Positions 12,027 to 45,575 of a DNA stretch of 47,619 nt are shown in pieces. Below the pieces are notes generated by a model. It did no database searches. It was given only the letters and a program-made list of their open reading frames with translations, and was not told where the DNA came from. The stretch's first letter is position 1. Every line of letters starts with the position of its first letter. Position numbers and translations under genes: made by a program. Location of the stretch: positions 1 through 47,619 of the forward strand of contig KZ538783.1 in NCBI GenBank assembly GCA_000934665.2, read 5' to 3'. The DNA is from Catajapyx aquilonaris. Lineage: Eukaryota.

Positions 12027-12704
12027 GCACCTGCACAGAAATATGTAAAAATGGCACTTATATCCCGTAAACAAGAGTATGCCTGTAGGCCAATGTTGAC
12101 GGAAAAACGCAAGAGCAATGAGCGTCATGTCCATCTGGGGACTAGGGGTAAATGGCCCCTGAAGGAGAATAAAAAGCTATCTGGTTAAGTAAACAGACTT
12201 TCAAATGCCCCCATAGCCCCATAGAAATCCACATGTTGGCTGAACTCTAATAAATCAGGTTGTGGTCGGCTCAACGCGAGTCGGCTGAGAAGGAATTGGT
12301 TGAACCGGATAGTACAACTTAATGCACAAATCGCAGAATCACTCTACTACGAGGTATTGCAATATACAGATTACATAAATTTTGCAATCCTATTGCACAT
12401 TACGTATTGTTTGAGGAAAAAATCTAGAATGACAAAAGGCTTACTGCAGCAATGGGATATTCCACATTTTGTAGAACGGGTAGAATGAACTATAAAGTTG
12501 AAGTGATGGGAAATACATTTATATGCACATTGCTACAAACACTGACTCATATATTGGCACATGTCCGAAGAGTTTATTGCAGGTAGAAGATCACGAATAA
12601 GGAACCATCCATATCTACAGCTAAGTTGTGGGTTAGTCAATTATTGTTGCAGTAAGCCCATCAAATATATTTTTGCTCACGTCACCACTGCGCAAATAAA
12701 ACTG

Positions 12705-13440
12705 CCGGGCGTAAACAATATTCCGCATGTGAATTTTTTAACATTTAAAATTTTGAAAATTAAAATTTGTCAGGATGAGTTTCGCAATAATTGCACTGTG
12801 CAATTTCTCAAGTTTGATATTGCCACAAACCACTCTCAAAATGTATACAAAAGTATTAAACTCGTTACTAGGAAGATATGTCCTTCAGAAAAAATTAAAC
12901 GATTTTGAAGATCTCCAGGGAAGAAAGATCAAGGTCAACTTTTTGTCAAAAATGAATTACATATCTCAGAAGATACTTCCCCTAGTGTAGAATATGATGG
13001 TTTGGTCGTGGTTGTGGAGTAATGATCATAGGTCACTATGGAAGGCCCCGAAAGTGGGATTTACGATGGAACCTAATGGGCATTCGAAATTTAAAATTGG
13101 ATTATCTCAGTTTCACCTCAGGTGGACCTTGATCGTTTTTCTCCCGAGGTCTTCATTTGCTTCGATATCATTTTCTTAAAACAATAAATGCTGGCTGTGG
13201 TAAGAGTTAGGATGTAGGGTTTTAAATAAGTTAACTCATCCATAATGCATAAAACCATCACTGAATAAAAGGGCTATATCAAGCACATAACTACCACCAA
13301 AGAACATGCCATCCTAACCAGGATTTTTTTTTGTATACATCTGCTATCAGATTGGTATGTGGCAATATTAAACAAGAAATAATTGCAAAAAGACAACTTT
13401 CAAACTAGGATTTTCACAATTCACATGCAGTATTGATATG
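12705..13440. mobile_element. Degenerate foldback MITE
   Basis: Inverted pairs gcatgtgaatt/aattcacatgc, atattgccaca/tgtggcaatat, atgtatacaaaa/ttttgtatacat, gatcaaggtc/gaccttgatc. Ends approximate. Confidence 0.6.
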
Positions 13441-15524
13441 GAAAAAGGAGACTTTTTAAAATCTTGAAACATACCGGTATGTAACTATACCCAAAAACCT
13501 TGCAACCTAAATGACAGTGGATGACAACAAAATCTATCCTAGAATGCCTCATTTCATACCCATTAATCTGACAAAATCTTGAGTACGGTACTTACGAGCA
13601 GACATATGGAATATGTGATGTAACCTCCAAAACCATTTCTATAATTATCATCACTTGAAAAATATATCCGGTAACATAACCTTCGACGTCTTCGCAAGGG
13701 GATATAAAAGATCACTGTTCGCATGTAGAACTATGTGAAAGAAATCTCATTACTCATACACCAATAATATATTATAAACCACCGCGCCGCTATCTGATTC
13801 GTCATCCTACAGTTTCTAGGCTACTCCCTGCATAATAAGTTTCATAACACGTGCCTGATATACAAACTCATTACAATCGAAGTTTACAGCAATCTGAACC
13901 TCATTAACTCTAGTACAGTACTTAAAGCGCACTGACCCAACTACGATTCGCGCAACACCTCCCACCATTTGGAGTGACACAACCATTTCGTGATTTGCTA
14001 AGCACGATACCTGTCAATGTCCAGACCCAAGGAACGAAGAGCAGGACAAGAATCATCAAGTACGGCTTCCATCCGGGAGCCGTCATTGTTGGGGGCCCGT
14101 ACGGCTAGCAGGCACTCGAGTGATTCCAGCCGCAATCAAGGTCGCATCATGACTTTTCTCTTGAGCGGTTGTTTCTCGCCAAACACGCAATAAAACCTCT
14201 GGATTCCTATGTGGCCTTGGACGTCACAGTTCCTTACCATGCATACGAGGACTGCCTTTTTTTTGTCTTTCTAATTGCCGGTGGGTTGGATCTTAGACGT
14301 GATCTGTTTGGATTCGCGCGTTTCATTCTGCAGAAGGGTGTTGTGTATACGAAAGTGTCAATGACGTTCATGCCATGAGAAGGGTGCAAGTCATTAACGT
14401 TCTGGGAATCAGTGCTGTATATACTAACATCACGAGATCTATAAGAACTTCTTGATCTTCAGTGGCTTCCTGACTTGTATAATTTAATGTTGTAAGGAAA
14501 TAATTTCAAAACACACAGGTAGTCGATACGATTCAATTAAGAAATAGTTTTTGTGTCATTTTCGTTGTCATTTTGGTAAGGTCCTCCACTTGCGTCAGTG
14601 GGCCACTGTAAACATGTAGTAGTGTTACCGGTACGGTACCTGAAACAATGAGAGCTGTTTCACGATGTGAGGGTGGGTCCATAGATGACTGTTTAGGTCA
14701 GTATGTAATTACGGTTATTGCTTTGTTAATTTTGGGGATTAGGATGAATGATGAACAGTTGATTTTAGCGGAGGACAAAATTTTCAAAATGCACGGATTG
14801 TGTTACGTTACGGAAACTTACGCAAGCGGAAAGAGAGAAGCAGCCAATATATTTCAAACATGTTTACTGTAGCGTACAGGCCCCTAAAATAATAAAATAG
14901 TTCTATAATAACGGGCGAGGGGGTGGCGAAAGACGAAGGCCAGAGAAAGAGCAACACGGGTGAGCGAATGCAATAAAAGACTATGATTTTCAGTTCCCCC
15001 AAATTTTGCAATCATATAGGCCTTGCGGCTATTATTAGGGCTCTATATAGGAAGTGATCCGGATTCCGGGAGCCTATGCGGACTACAGAGTGTCTTGGCC
15101 CTTTCACTCATGCATTGTTTCCCCAGATTATTTATTTGTAATTTATCGCTCTTTTTCTTCTTATTATTCTTCTTAAAAAGGGCTGTGCAAGAGCAGAGCC
15201 AGACGCCTGCCTCCACCAGGCCACATTCAATTTCAGTTGTTGTTTATTAGTTACTTGCCACTGAACAGAATAACAATTTGAAATATTTTAGGAATACCTG
15301 CCATGACACCAGTAGCAGTAGTAAGAAGATTTTTATAGAAGAGGCCAAGAGCTAATATTATTATTATTATTATTAGCTCTTGAAGAGGCATATAATCATA
15401 ACGTTGTAACTAATTCTCCACCGCTCTATATCTATTTGAACAAACTCATGTTGTCTGACTGTCATGGCTAGTATCATCATTTAAATACTGTAGGTTACCT
15501 GTGAGGATAATATATCCAATGCAA

Positions 15525-15558
15525 TAAGTCCGAAAGGACACTCCGGGGTGAATAAATA
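15525..15558 (+). mobile_element. 34-nt retroposon tail with 16-bp TSD
   Basis: taagtccgaaaggacactccggggtgaataaata between aatatatccaatgcaa copies (15509-15524, 15559-15574). Confidence 0.75.
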
Positions 15559-15785
15559 AATATATCCAATGCAACTGAACTCTTCAAATGATTTGTACAA
15601 GACCTAAAAATAAGTGAAACTGTCCTGGCACGAAAGATGAAACATTTAGCTTAAGTATATGTTACCAAACTCACTGTCAGTTGAAATTTTGGCATGCCAC
15701 CTGCAATAAGGCAATCTTATGAACTACAGCAGTTGTCAGAAAGTAACAAAAAAGTTAATCCATTGTTATCCTAGCAGCACACTTT

Positions 15786-16032
15786 TAGTGGGGGCTTAAC
15801 GTCTGCCTATTTCTGCCGCTAGGCTCAACACCGACGCCAGGGGGTGGTCCTCCTCCTGGAAATTTTGCCACTCTGGGGATCTTTAAAGTGCACTCGCGCA
15901 ATGTCACAAGCACACGGGACCGACGGCTTTACTTCCCCTCCGAAGGAAGGCGCACTCTTTTCTACCACCCAGAGAAAAGTCACCGACCTCGGCCGGGTTC
16001 GAACCCACAACTTTGGGCCTAGCAGCACACTG
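15786..16032 (-). mobile_element. tRNA-derived SINE of a second family (Nin/Deu-domain, Ruka-like)
   Basis: Minus strand: B box GGTTCGAACCC, central ggaggggaagtaaagccgtcggtccc...taaagatcccc...aaatttcc, tail gacgttaagcccc. Family label from recalled consensus motifs. Confidence 0.75.
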
Positions 16033-19000
16033 TAATATATTTAACTTAATGTTTTTAAATGCCATGGACATTTGCTTTCGTGGCAATGATAGTTCATGAC
16101 ACCACATTCAGCTACTGCCGTTTTATTAACTTGAAAAGAAGGAAAACATTCCTTCTTATATTGATACTATCAGCTCTTGATACTATTGAATGCATCGTTA
16201 TCTACAGATGTGGTGGTACAGTACTGGTAGCAACTCATGGGCAAAAATGTAAAACGCATTTTCTCTGGCCTGACACAAGGCAAATCCCAGTATGAAATCA
16301 CACCACTCATGGTGATATCACTGACCCAACTAAATTCATATAAAAATAATTTGAGACATTTGATCATAGGTTGCTGCTGACTTGTGAGTGGTGCAGCATT
16401 TCATCTACTTGCTGACCAACCATGCCATATCCCAGCATTCAGATGGGAAACAAACTCAATATGAAGGCATACAACAAATAGAAATAATGCAAGGCAACAG
16501 CATGTTTTAGGGGATACTGCTATGAACTAGGCAGCAACTTCCTAACAATAGTAAATGGGTACTTGCACAATTCTGCAGTTTCAAAGGGTGAGGGATGGGG
16601 TTTCAGCTGTCTCCGATATCAGGCAATAATGTAAAGAACAAAATGAAAAGTGGCTATTTCTGCTTTAATACAAGCATCAATCAGGTTCATTTGTAAGCAC
16701 TGTGTGATAAATACATTGATTTTTTTTTTCCAACACTACATTTCCTAGACAAGAGTTATTCAGTGTGAACTCACAACTGCAAAATACACCAGAATAAATT
16801 AAATTACCCCTACCACAACAGGAAAATCATGTCTGCAAAATGTTCAGGATGAGGCTGTAAATGGTTCAAGTTCCAAGAGACAACCTTTTGTTCAGAAGTA
16901 CACCGCACAAGCAAATAAGGCAATGCAACCACATTTTCTTTTTTTCTGAGGTAAAAACAGTCAGTTGTCTCTGAAACCGTTCTCCTTTCTTTGCTTCCTA
17001 ACAGGCAATTTTGCTTGGTGTCCACTCCTCCCTGCCACCATTTGTGCCCTATGCATGCAGACAGGAGCCAGGGAGAAATAGCAATAACAGTAAGGAAGAA
17101 TGTGAGAGAGAGAGAGAGCCAAAGAAAAAACCATCAAATATGTTGCAAGTGATGTGCTTTGTGTCTGCCCTCGATATGAATGGACACCACAGAAGTCAAC
17201 CAATACTTGGATTTCATTCATTCCAAGAAATGCAACTACACGTGTCATGGCAATGTCAAGTGCTCCACATTCATTCAATCACAAGGTATTGAAGGCGTCC
17301 TCATTTGCACCCTACTTGGCATCACAGATCCTCGAAAGCTACAAGCTGTTGTTGGTTTTTTGCACCCAGACTACGATATCACAACAATAGTGAAATGGGT
17401 GGATATGACATGGCAACGACAACACACTTGCAAGGAATGAACCAAGTGGAGGATAAAAAGAAATCTTGAAAAACACCTTGGCTTATGAAATGAAGCAACC
17501 CAGCCCTGTACATATCCAATACCATTCCAAGTCTTTCTCTGAGCAGTATTAGCAGAGACCAATTGGCCAAGTGATTGCACCTTTTGCTTTTGTAGATTTA
17601 ACTGCATGGTATGTACAAAATCTGCTTGCAAGAATATCCATAACTTATCAGCCCACCATGAAATCTGCTAGAATTCCAGTCATTAAAACTCGAAAAAATT
17701 TCAAGCTTGCACATCCATACTGTACATTCAAGTCAAGCATATAAGCACAAGGTCCACAACCCCAATATGCACCGTGGGGTCCAACATTTGCACAGAATCT
17801 CACACATTGCATTGGATAATGTTCAAATCCATAAGAAAGTGGTATTGGCAAAATTGCAAAATTGGGGAATAAGTGAACATATTTTGACGAGTCATAAACA
17901 AGTGACAACACTTAAATCACAACAGTTTACTTTGACATTTCCATGACCTTGCAAGGAAGCCAATAGTTCAGCACAGCTTCCCCGTTTTTTTTATTTATAG
18001 CACTCATCTTCCCGAGTGCAAGATTGGTAACACTACTCGCACCAGACTTTGAAAAAGAGTGAAGCCTGAAAACACATTCAACGTGTGTTAATCACTTGAA
18101 AATGACTCATGAATCCCAAAGAAATAATAAAACAACAGCAATCTGATTCCACAATTTCCACTTTCAATTCGGATTCCTCTTCTCATTTCACAAATCGTCT
18201 AATAATTCCAAGATACTGGAATCATACTGAGGTTATCTGTCAATTATGAAATGCTGCTAGGGGCAGGATGCAAAGGGCAGGTATCAATTCCATTCTATAC
18301 TGCCTTATGGGGCACTGCCATGTAGCAGCCTAGGCATCAGTTAAGATGTTGGAACAAGTCATCACAACAAAAATAGCATCGGAGGGATTTGCAATTGGAG
18401 TGTATGTCACAGGATCAAGTTTCCACCGGCTGTTCCAACTGATCCTGCCAGGTCTACTTTAGCTTCAAGAAGCAATACCTGTCATGCTGATTTGCCCTCC
18501 ATGTCAATTCCCCAGACATGTGAGTTGGGAGAGAGTATCAGGGCAAGAAAGCATTTCATAATTCACAGGCAACACCTAAAATCAGGCAGTCCGTGGAATC
18601 AGATGTTTCCAGGATGTATTGCACAAAATTCTTCAAATGTGAGACCCTTTAGTTCCCACCAAAATTTTCTTACACATTACACAACAATGGATACGAGCAA
18701 TCAGGTGAGAAGAACAAGCACATTATACAACATGTGGTCTGGTGCATTCTGAGGGACAACCCTATGTTTATATACATCACTTGTTTGAGTGCACATGCAT
18801 CATCTGAAAGTTCAGAATTGAAGCAACCGGAAAAACATCAGTTGTGACTTTGACAGAAGACCGCTTGCATCTTGACTGTCCACGGCACAAATGAAAAGTT
18901 AGGCTTGAAAGAATACTGAGAAGCACAACACATCACATTATTTGTCACGAAGCACATGCACACACTTGTATTCCATATCCATAAAATAATGCCTTTCTCG

Positions 19001-19830
19001 AAGCTGCGACTAAAAAATATAGGTCGGTTGGCAGATGTGTCAATCGACAAGAGGCAATTTCCATCGGAGAGCATGAATGATCAAATGCAAAGGTACAAGA
19101 GAGGAGAGAGATTCTCCACAATTTATCTACACATCTATTGATTTTACAGTTATGTGAATACTACAGGTTGCATCAGAGATATACTTCATTAGTACTAAAT
19201 GTTCTTCAGTTCTTAAGCATAAGCAAGCAAGTGATCCTCCCGCTAAAACCCAGAACTGGTACCTTTTAGTATTCCGCAGTGTGAAACACCCATTCTTGGA
19301 AGCATCCTGCCAACACAACAAGCAATTTCACATCAACCTTCCTCTTCAAGGATCAAAATACACTAATGGTATTATGTCCCAAGAGCCAAGGTTTCAGAGG
19401 GGGAAAAGAGAGGACAGAAACAGCTTAAGCACTTCCAAAGACAGGAAAACGTTATCCTTCCAGTTGCCTGGCAAATTCAAACTCCCGACATTTGTCACAT
19501 ATGTACAGTCGAGTGAAACATGTGATGTTTTCTCATCGGCCCCTGCAAACACATGCTTCGTGCATCAATAGAATACAAAAACGTACCAGTCTTGTCTAAG
19601 TAACTCTGGCCCCGATCCCAAAGTATTTTTTGCCCAATTATGTGATGTTTCTGCTTTTGCAATAATTCCACTGTAATACTGGTCCATTTAAAAAAATTAT
19701 CAAAAAAAAAAATCTTGCACTCCATTTTTTTTTTCCTTTTTTTTCCTGTGGTATCCATTCAATGCACAGACTAGCACCACGGAATGTCTACGCTGCAGCT
19801 GGGATGAACGTGGAAAGGCTGCAACCACTG

Positions 19831-39809
<19,979 letters not shown>

Positions 39810-42702
39810 ACTGGCTTCATCAACCCGTCTACCAGAAGAGCTTCGGGATCATGTTCTGGTGGCCGGGACCACCACTAGGACAGCCGGAGGATCGACGCCC
39901 ACACTGACACCATTGACACGGGTGCCTAAGTGAGTGAGAGCACTAGTCGGTACACTAGCATTGCATCACCGCCACCACCACCACACCCATAGGCCGACGT
40001 TCCACTGTCTACCAGTAGATGCTCCCCCTCCACCATTACAACACCCCCCATCCAACCCCCACCGTCGTCCTTCGACGATGCGTGGTGCCTTCTGCGACTG
40101 ACCTGCTATCGAACCGGCTCGCAGCAGCCAACGGGGCGCCAGCCTTCCGTCCCGACAAGAAACACCCTACCGCCACCCCCAGCAACACCGCCATCATACA
40201 CTTACGCCTAAATGGGACACAATTCTCTCTTCGATATGCACCACTAATTACATCCCAAAAAATTTCCAACCCATAAATTTTCCATAAAAAAAAAACACAC
40301 ACCCACCCACCATTTCTTTCCAACCCTTTCCTACAGACGATCAATAAGGACGATGCAATGCAGTGCTCCAGACTCCTCAAGAAAATCCTAATTGAACGGA
40401 CAATTTGGTGATTGTCGACACCCTGTTGCAGCCCGAAGAAGTCAGAAGTGGCAGTACAAATGGATGGGAACCAAAGTGGGCCGGTTTCCCACACTTTGAC
40501 GATGCACCCTCATCGGAAAACCCCACTTTAAGGAGATGTGGCATAACCCGGCTGATCAAATTAGAGTGTCGCATTCGCCAGGAATGGAGGTCTTCATATC
40601 GCGACGTTCCACCCAGGTGCTATTTCGCACCTGACTGCGGAGGAAATTTCACTTTGCTACAGGCCTCATCCGGTCCCATTTTAGACAGTTAACTCGGTGG
40701 AAGAAAGAAAAAAAAAATTTGATTCGAAAAAGTTACAAGGATCCAACTTGGGTAATGGCCGTCACGATGTAAAAAATGGCGACATCCCACTGCTATCGGA
40801 GGATTTATTGGAAGGTTTGTGGCCATTACTTGTGATGGGTACGATCTGAGGAGGATGAAAAAATATATATCCCATGAGGATATAACATCAATGATATCTC
40901 GTGGTCCTCGGGATTTTGGGAGTATCAAAAATATCCACGGAAACTAAATATGTCGAGTGCCTGCAGTCCTTGCACACCTTCGTGCATGCCAGCAGGCCAT
41001 AGCATTGGCCGAAAATTCGCCCGCCATGCATATTTCCGTATACATGTGTTTCAGTTAACGGTTCTATTTCAATACTTTAAAAATAGCAGCTTGTAATAAT
41101 ATAGGACGAAAGGGCATTCGTGAACGGTGACCATTGCAGGTGAATGTAAATGTATGGCAAATATGCACGGCGGGCGAATGTGCATCGGGCGAATTGGTAT
41201 GATGCCAACAGCCCGTGAAGTGGTTAACGTGTGTGGCCATCATCTCGAGACCAGGTATCCAGAAACTGCGAAAAATAACTAGACCAACAAAGCGGCTAAG
41301 TTCGCATAAATGGCGCAACTTGCTCCCAGCGCATGAGCCTTGACAATTATCTCGGGCATTCTAGCACCAACTGAAAGACATTAAGCAAACGCCAAGTGGG
41401 CACCCTGATCACCCAAAACTATGCGTAATTTCGACGCCGAAACTGCCGGCACATACCCTTTTTTTTAAATGCATAACGCGCCAAAATGCAAAATTAAAAT
41501 ACTAAATCTGCCTCACAATTTCATTGAAAACACAGACCCGCGACAAAAAAAAATCAATCCTCGAAGTTTAGCATAATGTGATCAACATATGTGCCTCGTT
41601 TAGAACAGCACAACACGTGACTTTCACACTCCAAACTGTCCTCGCTTGCACGCGCAGAATAATTAACACGAGTCCTTCCATAAGTCTCATGTCATGCATT
41701 TGTGCTCCACCGAACATATACCCACCCACAGGCCAAATTCGAGACCAAGGGATCTCATCCTCTCACTTAACTTCTTTTATCCAACCCCATCAGAACCCAT
41801 GAGACCTGCCATTGCACACAAAAAAATGTCATATCTAACTTTCCCATTCGCCACTGCAATATTGACTCGCGATGTCGCTTGGTTCAACACACGTCAATTC
41901 TATGGGGTTCGATTGTCAGCCCCTATATGGCAGGGGTTTCAGAAATGACCCGTAAAATCAATGATCGTTCAATTTCGGCATCACACGAGCATTATAGACA
42001 TGGCTCAAAATTTCGGCAGCGTCCTGTTTAAGGGTGCTGGAACATTCAAAAAAATCTGCGATACTTCCTAATTCGTGGGTCGCGACGATGTGGAAGTTCA
42101 CATCTTTATGCTCGCGACTGTACACACCCTTGTTTAGGCAAAAGGCAGTTTCCCTCATGACCGTCTTTGTCGAGAAGAAGAAAAGGGCTTTCGGCTAGGT
42201 TTCTCCGTGTATTCGTGTGCTCTCGGCGGTTTTTCTGCTTCGCTTTCTACGTGGCTTTCATTATTGTTTGTACCCATTTCCGGGACCCAGGGGGAAGTTA
42301 ATGTGGGTTAATTAACTTCCTAAAATAGTAAATAATCGCGCTGGAAAGTGAAACTTTAAAAAAATCTTTCGCCCAAATATAGGGACCATGCAGAAAATGT
42401 GCAGCCTGGGCTCAGGACTAATCTGGTACAGATAGCGTAAAATGCAAACAAACAATATTTAGTGGAACTTGTTCCTAATAATGCTGGACGAAAGAGTGAA
42501 ACTCGTTTTATATCATCATCATCGTTGGCAGAGCAAAAATTCGCATTTGAAATTCACTATTTTGCTATTTTTCCTAATTAAAATCGTCACAGGAGGTGCT
42601 ATGAACTGTAGATAATTTTTATTTAATTTTTTAGCAATGTTAGATATCACCTGACTTTTAGTTGCATACTATTCGCTATAAGTGATGTTTAAGTTTTCTT
42701 AA

Positions 42703-43026
42703 AGGTGATTTTCAACAGGTTAAGCCCCTTGAAGTAAGGCATTACAAAGGTGAACCACACCTGTGAACACATTGATTTTATTAATTCTAGTTTTAGTGCA
42801 GAAGTGGGCAATTATTTTAGCATTGCCATTTTGAAATGTGGATTTTCAAACTACCAAAATATACCACACAAAACTGAGTTTCACTTTCACCTTACATAGT
42901 AATTAGAAACAACTGCAATAAAAAATTTGAATGGTTCACAGTAAAAACTATCCTAGAGCATTTCCTTTACACCCTACATGAATAAGTCTACTCTAAAAAG
43001 AGTCGAATTTTTGCAAGCCATCACCT
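42703..43026. mobile_element. Possible Kolobok-like remnant
   Basis: TTAA|AGGTGAT ... ATCACCT|TTAA; only 7 bp of TIR match. Confidence 0.3.
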
Positions 43027-45575
43027 TTAACAAAATTGAATATTCTTGACTCAAACTGGATTTAATCAAACCAATCAGATAAAAAGCATGAGAACAAAAT
43101 CATTGTGGCCTCGAAAGTTTCTTTTGTTTTAACTGGTTCAAACAAATAAACCTATAACTTTTCCCCCACCACTGTTAAATTGTCCTGGTTGGCAAAACCA
43201 TGCAACATGTCAAAGACTCAGTTACATAATTAAATACAAGTTGGTCATAGAAGCCTTTGTCCAGTACTGTACCATTCATGATTCTAATGGTCTTTGTCCT
43301 TTGGTACACTGTTTCTTAGCTAACATCCTTAAAGACAAAATGTCGATGTATTGACGTAGAAGAGTGAAGTGCCCAACAAACTTCCTTGTGTCACACAGAC
43401 GCATTAGGAATCCTTAAGGGACCCTGGGAGACTTGATGCTACTGACAATAACAGGATCGAGAAAGATCAGGGCAATATCTGCTAGAAGAAGTGGTTCAGG
43501 CAGATTTTCTAAGTTCATGGCTCACTTTTTTGTCATCAATGTTGTTGGGCATCAATGCACAAGGGCACATCTTGGCATATTTGGCAGTCATAAAAAATTA
43601 TCCCCACTTCCCTACTTCCTTTACATCTTGTATGTGATTCAGACGTGCTCTCCATTTAACCTAATATTAGCAGTTAATATTTTCAACAGCCCCTTACAGT
43701 AACTGCTTAAAATAATAATTGCTCAATAATGAGTAGCTTAGGGCCAAAAATTGCTAAGTATTCACTATGGGTACCTCACTGTATCACAGTGTATATTCAG
43801 TTATTACAACATGAGGACTTCTCATTATGTGCTTAGTATATGATACCATGACCTTCACTATTATTTAGAAAGGGTAGCCATGTGGGTTTGACACTAGTAT
43901 TTCATTATCATTCTAAAACACTTTTCCTATTGAATCTATCAGTCATTAATTCAGTACTTTCCTGACTAGGTTTACTGATCCATTATGTGGTAAAGAGTAC
44001 AACCACGAACAATACTACAGCAGTAACTTATGCAAAGATGGATTCAAGCAAGTCTCATCATGACATTAACAAGATTCTATCAGGTCGCTCAAGGTAAGTT
44101 CACCTGACCACAGGAAAAGGTGATGGCATGAATGCTACTTAAACACTTGAGTGACTATTATGTTGCTTTAAAAATAGCCGTAACCACCTAGCAGATCCTT
44201 CACTAGCCCACTACCACCTGACAGCACACTAACCTGTGACCGCAAGCATTCAACTAGTGACAAATATATCTTTCCTTGCAATCACCTAAAACTATCAATA
44301 GCAACAAGCAATGGCCTTATCTTCCCCCAGCTGTATAGTCATAAGACATAAATTGGGACACTGCAAGTATAGGCTACACAACATTATGAACTAAGAAAGG
44401 ACCTTGATGATCACATGTCCACCCGTTAAAAGGTACCATCAGGGGCTGACAGTTTCATTTCTTTTCCTCAGTCCATAAAACAATATTTTTTTACATCACA
44501 ATTGGATGGGCCAACTGCAATGATTGCAAATCCTATTATTTAAGCCCCATGCAGCATGCAGCTTCCCCATAATACTTACAAGTGGTCCGTAAATTAGACA
44601 AAATGGTTTTCTAATCTATTACTTGCCTAATAAAATTTATTTTGACCCCTCTTGAAGTGCATGTTCACATACCCAGGGGAGATGGAACACTGGCCAGGTG
44701 GAATGCAGAGTAGTGCTTAGCAATAAAAAGCCAAATCATTGTGTTACAATAAACATCTGGCCTAAGACACACTGCTACCATACATAAACCTTCAGCTAAA
44801 TTATTCTACGAAATGCCACAATAGTGAGTGCACTTCCTCACACACTAGTCATCACTCATCAACTCTTTTCCTGTGGCACTGCTAATATTTCTGCTGTTAG
44901 TGACACATGACCAGCATGTCATGCTCAGTTCAAATTTGTGTTTTACCCGTATGGGGCCACCTACCTTCTGTTTCTATGTGTACAAAGCTGATGTCTTGAA
45001 TATTTGTAACAACTAAAACTTGTGTTTCCTCCGTGCTGGGACTTATTTTCTTTCTTTCTTCCTGCACTGAGTGTTGGGCAGAATTACTACCCTTTACACT
45101 CAACAGAACATCTCTATAGTTACCCCTAGCAAGACTGGAGGCAATAATATGACAGTATGCCCTTCTGCATAAAGAGAACTGACAACAGGGCGAATTAAAC
45201 AAAGCAGGATCTGTGACTGAGGACTGTCACAACCAGTACAAATACAAAATTCTCTTGAGAATGAGGTTTCTCTTACCAGGACTGGAATGCTCTGCATTTT
45301 ATCAAGCCTTCTGCTATCAACCCCACATTTGGTGCAGTCATTTTTAAATGGCAATTAAATGCAACAAATTCTTTTTCTAAGCATCTTCCAACACTGCTTT
45401 ATATATATGAAAATGTTATTCAAATCAATGGCATAATTTTGTACAGCTTCATGTGCCAATATATTTCAATTTTACTTCATGTGCTCATTTTACTTGAACC
45501 ACTTGGTATTTGACAAGCAATAATATGTGTTTCATTATGTTGTCGTCTACTTAAAGGCTGACCCCATGCACTGCT

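Noticed and set aside
40019..40692. Cluster of 65-152-aa ORFs
   Set aside because: Expected in GC-rich 5' sequence; no domain resemblance.
43420..43520. F-box-like MNLENLPEPLLL on the minus strand
   Set aside because: Frame stops after 34 codons; probably chance in UTR sequence.
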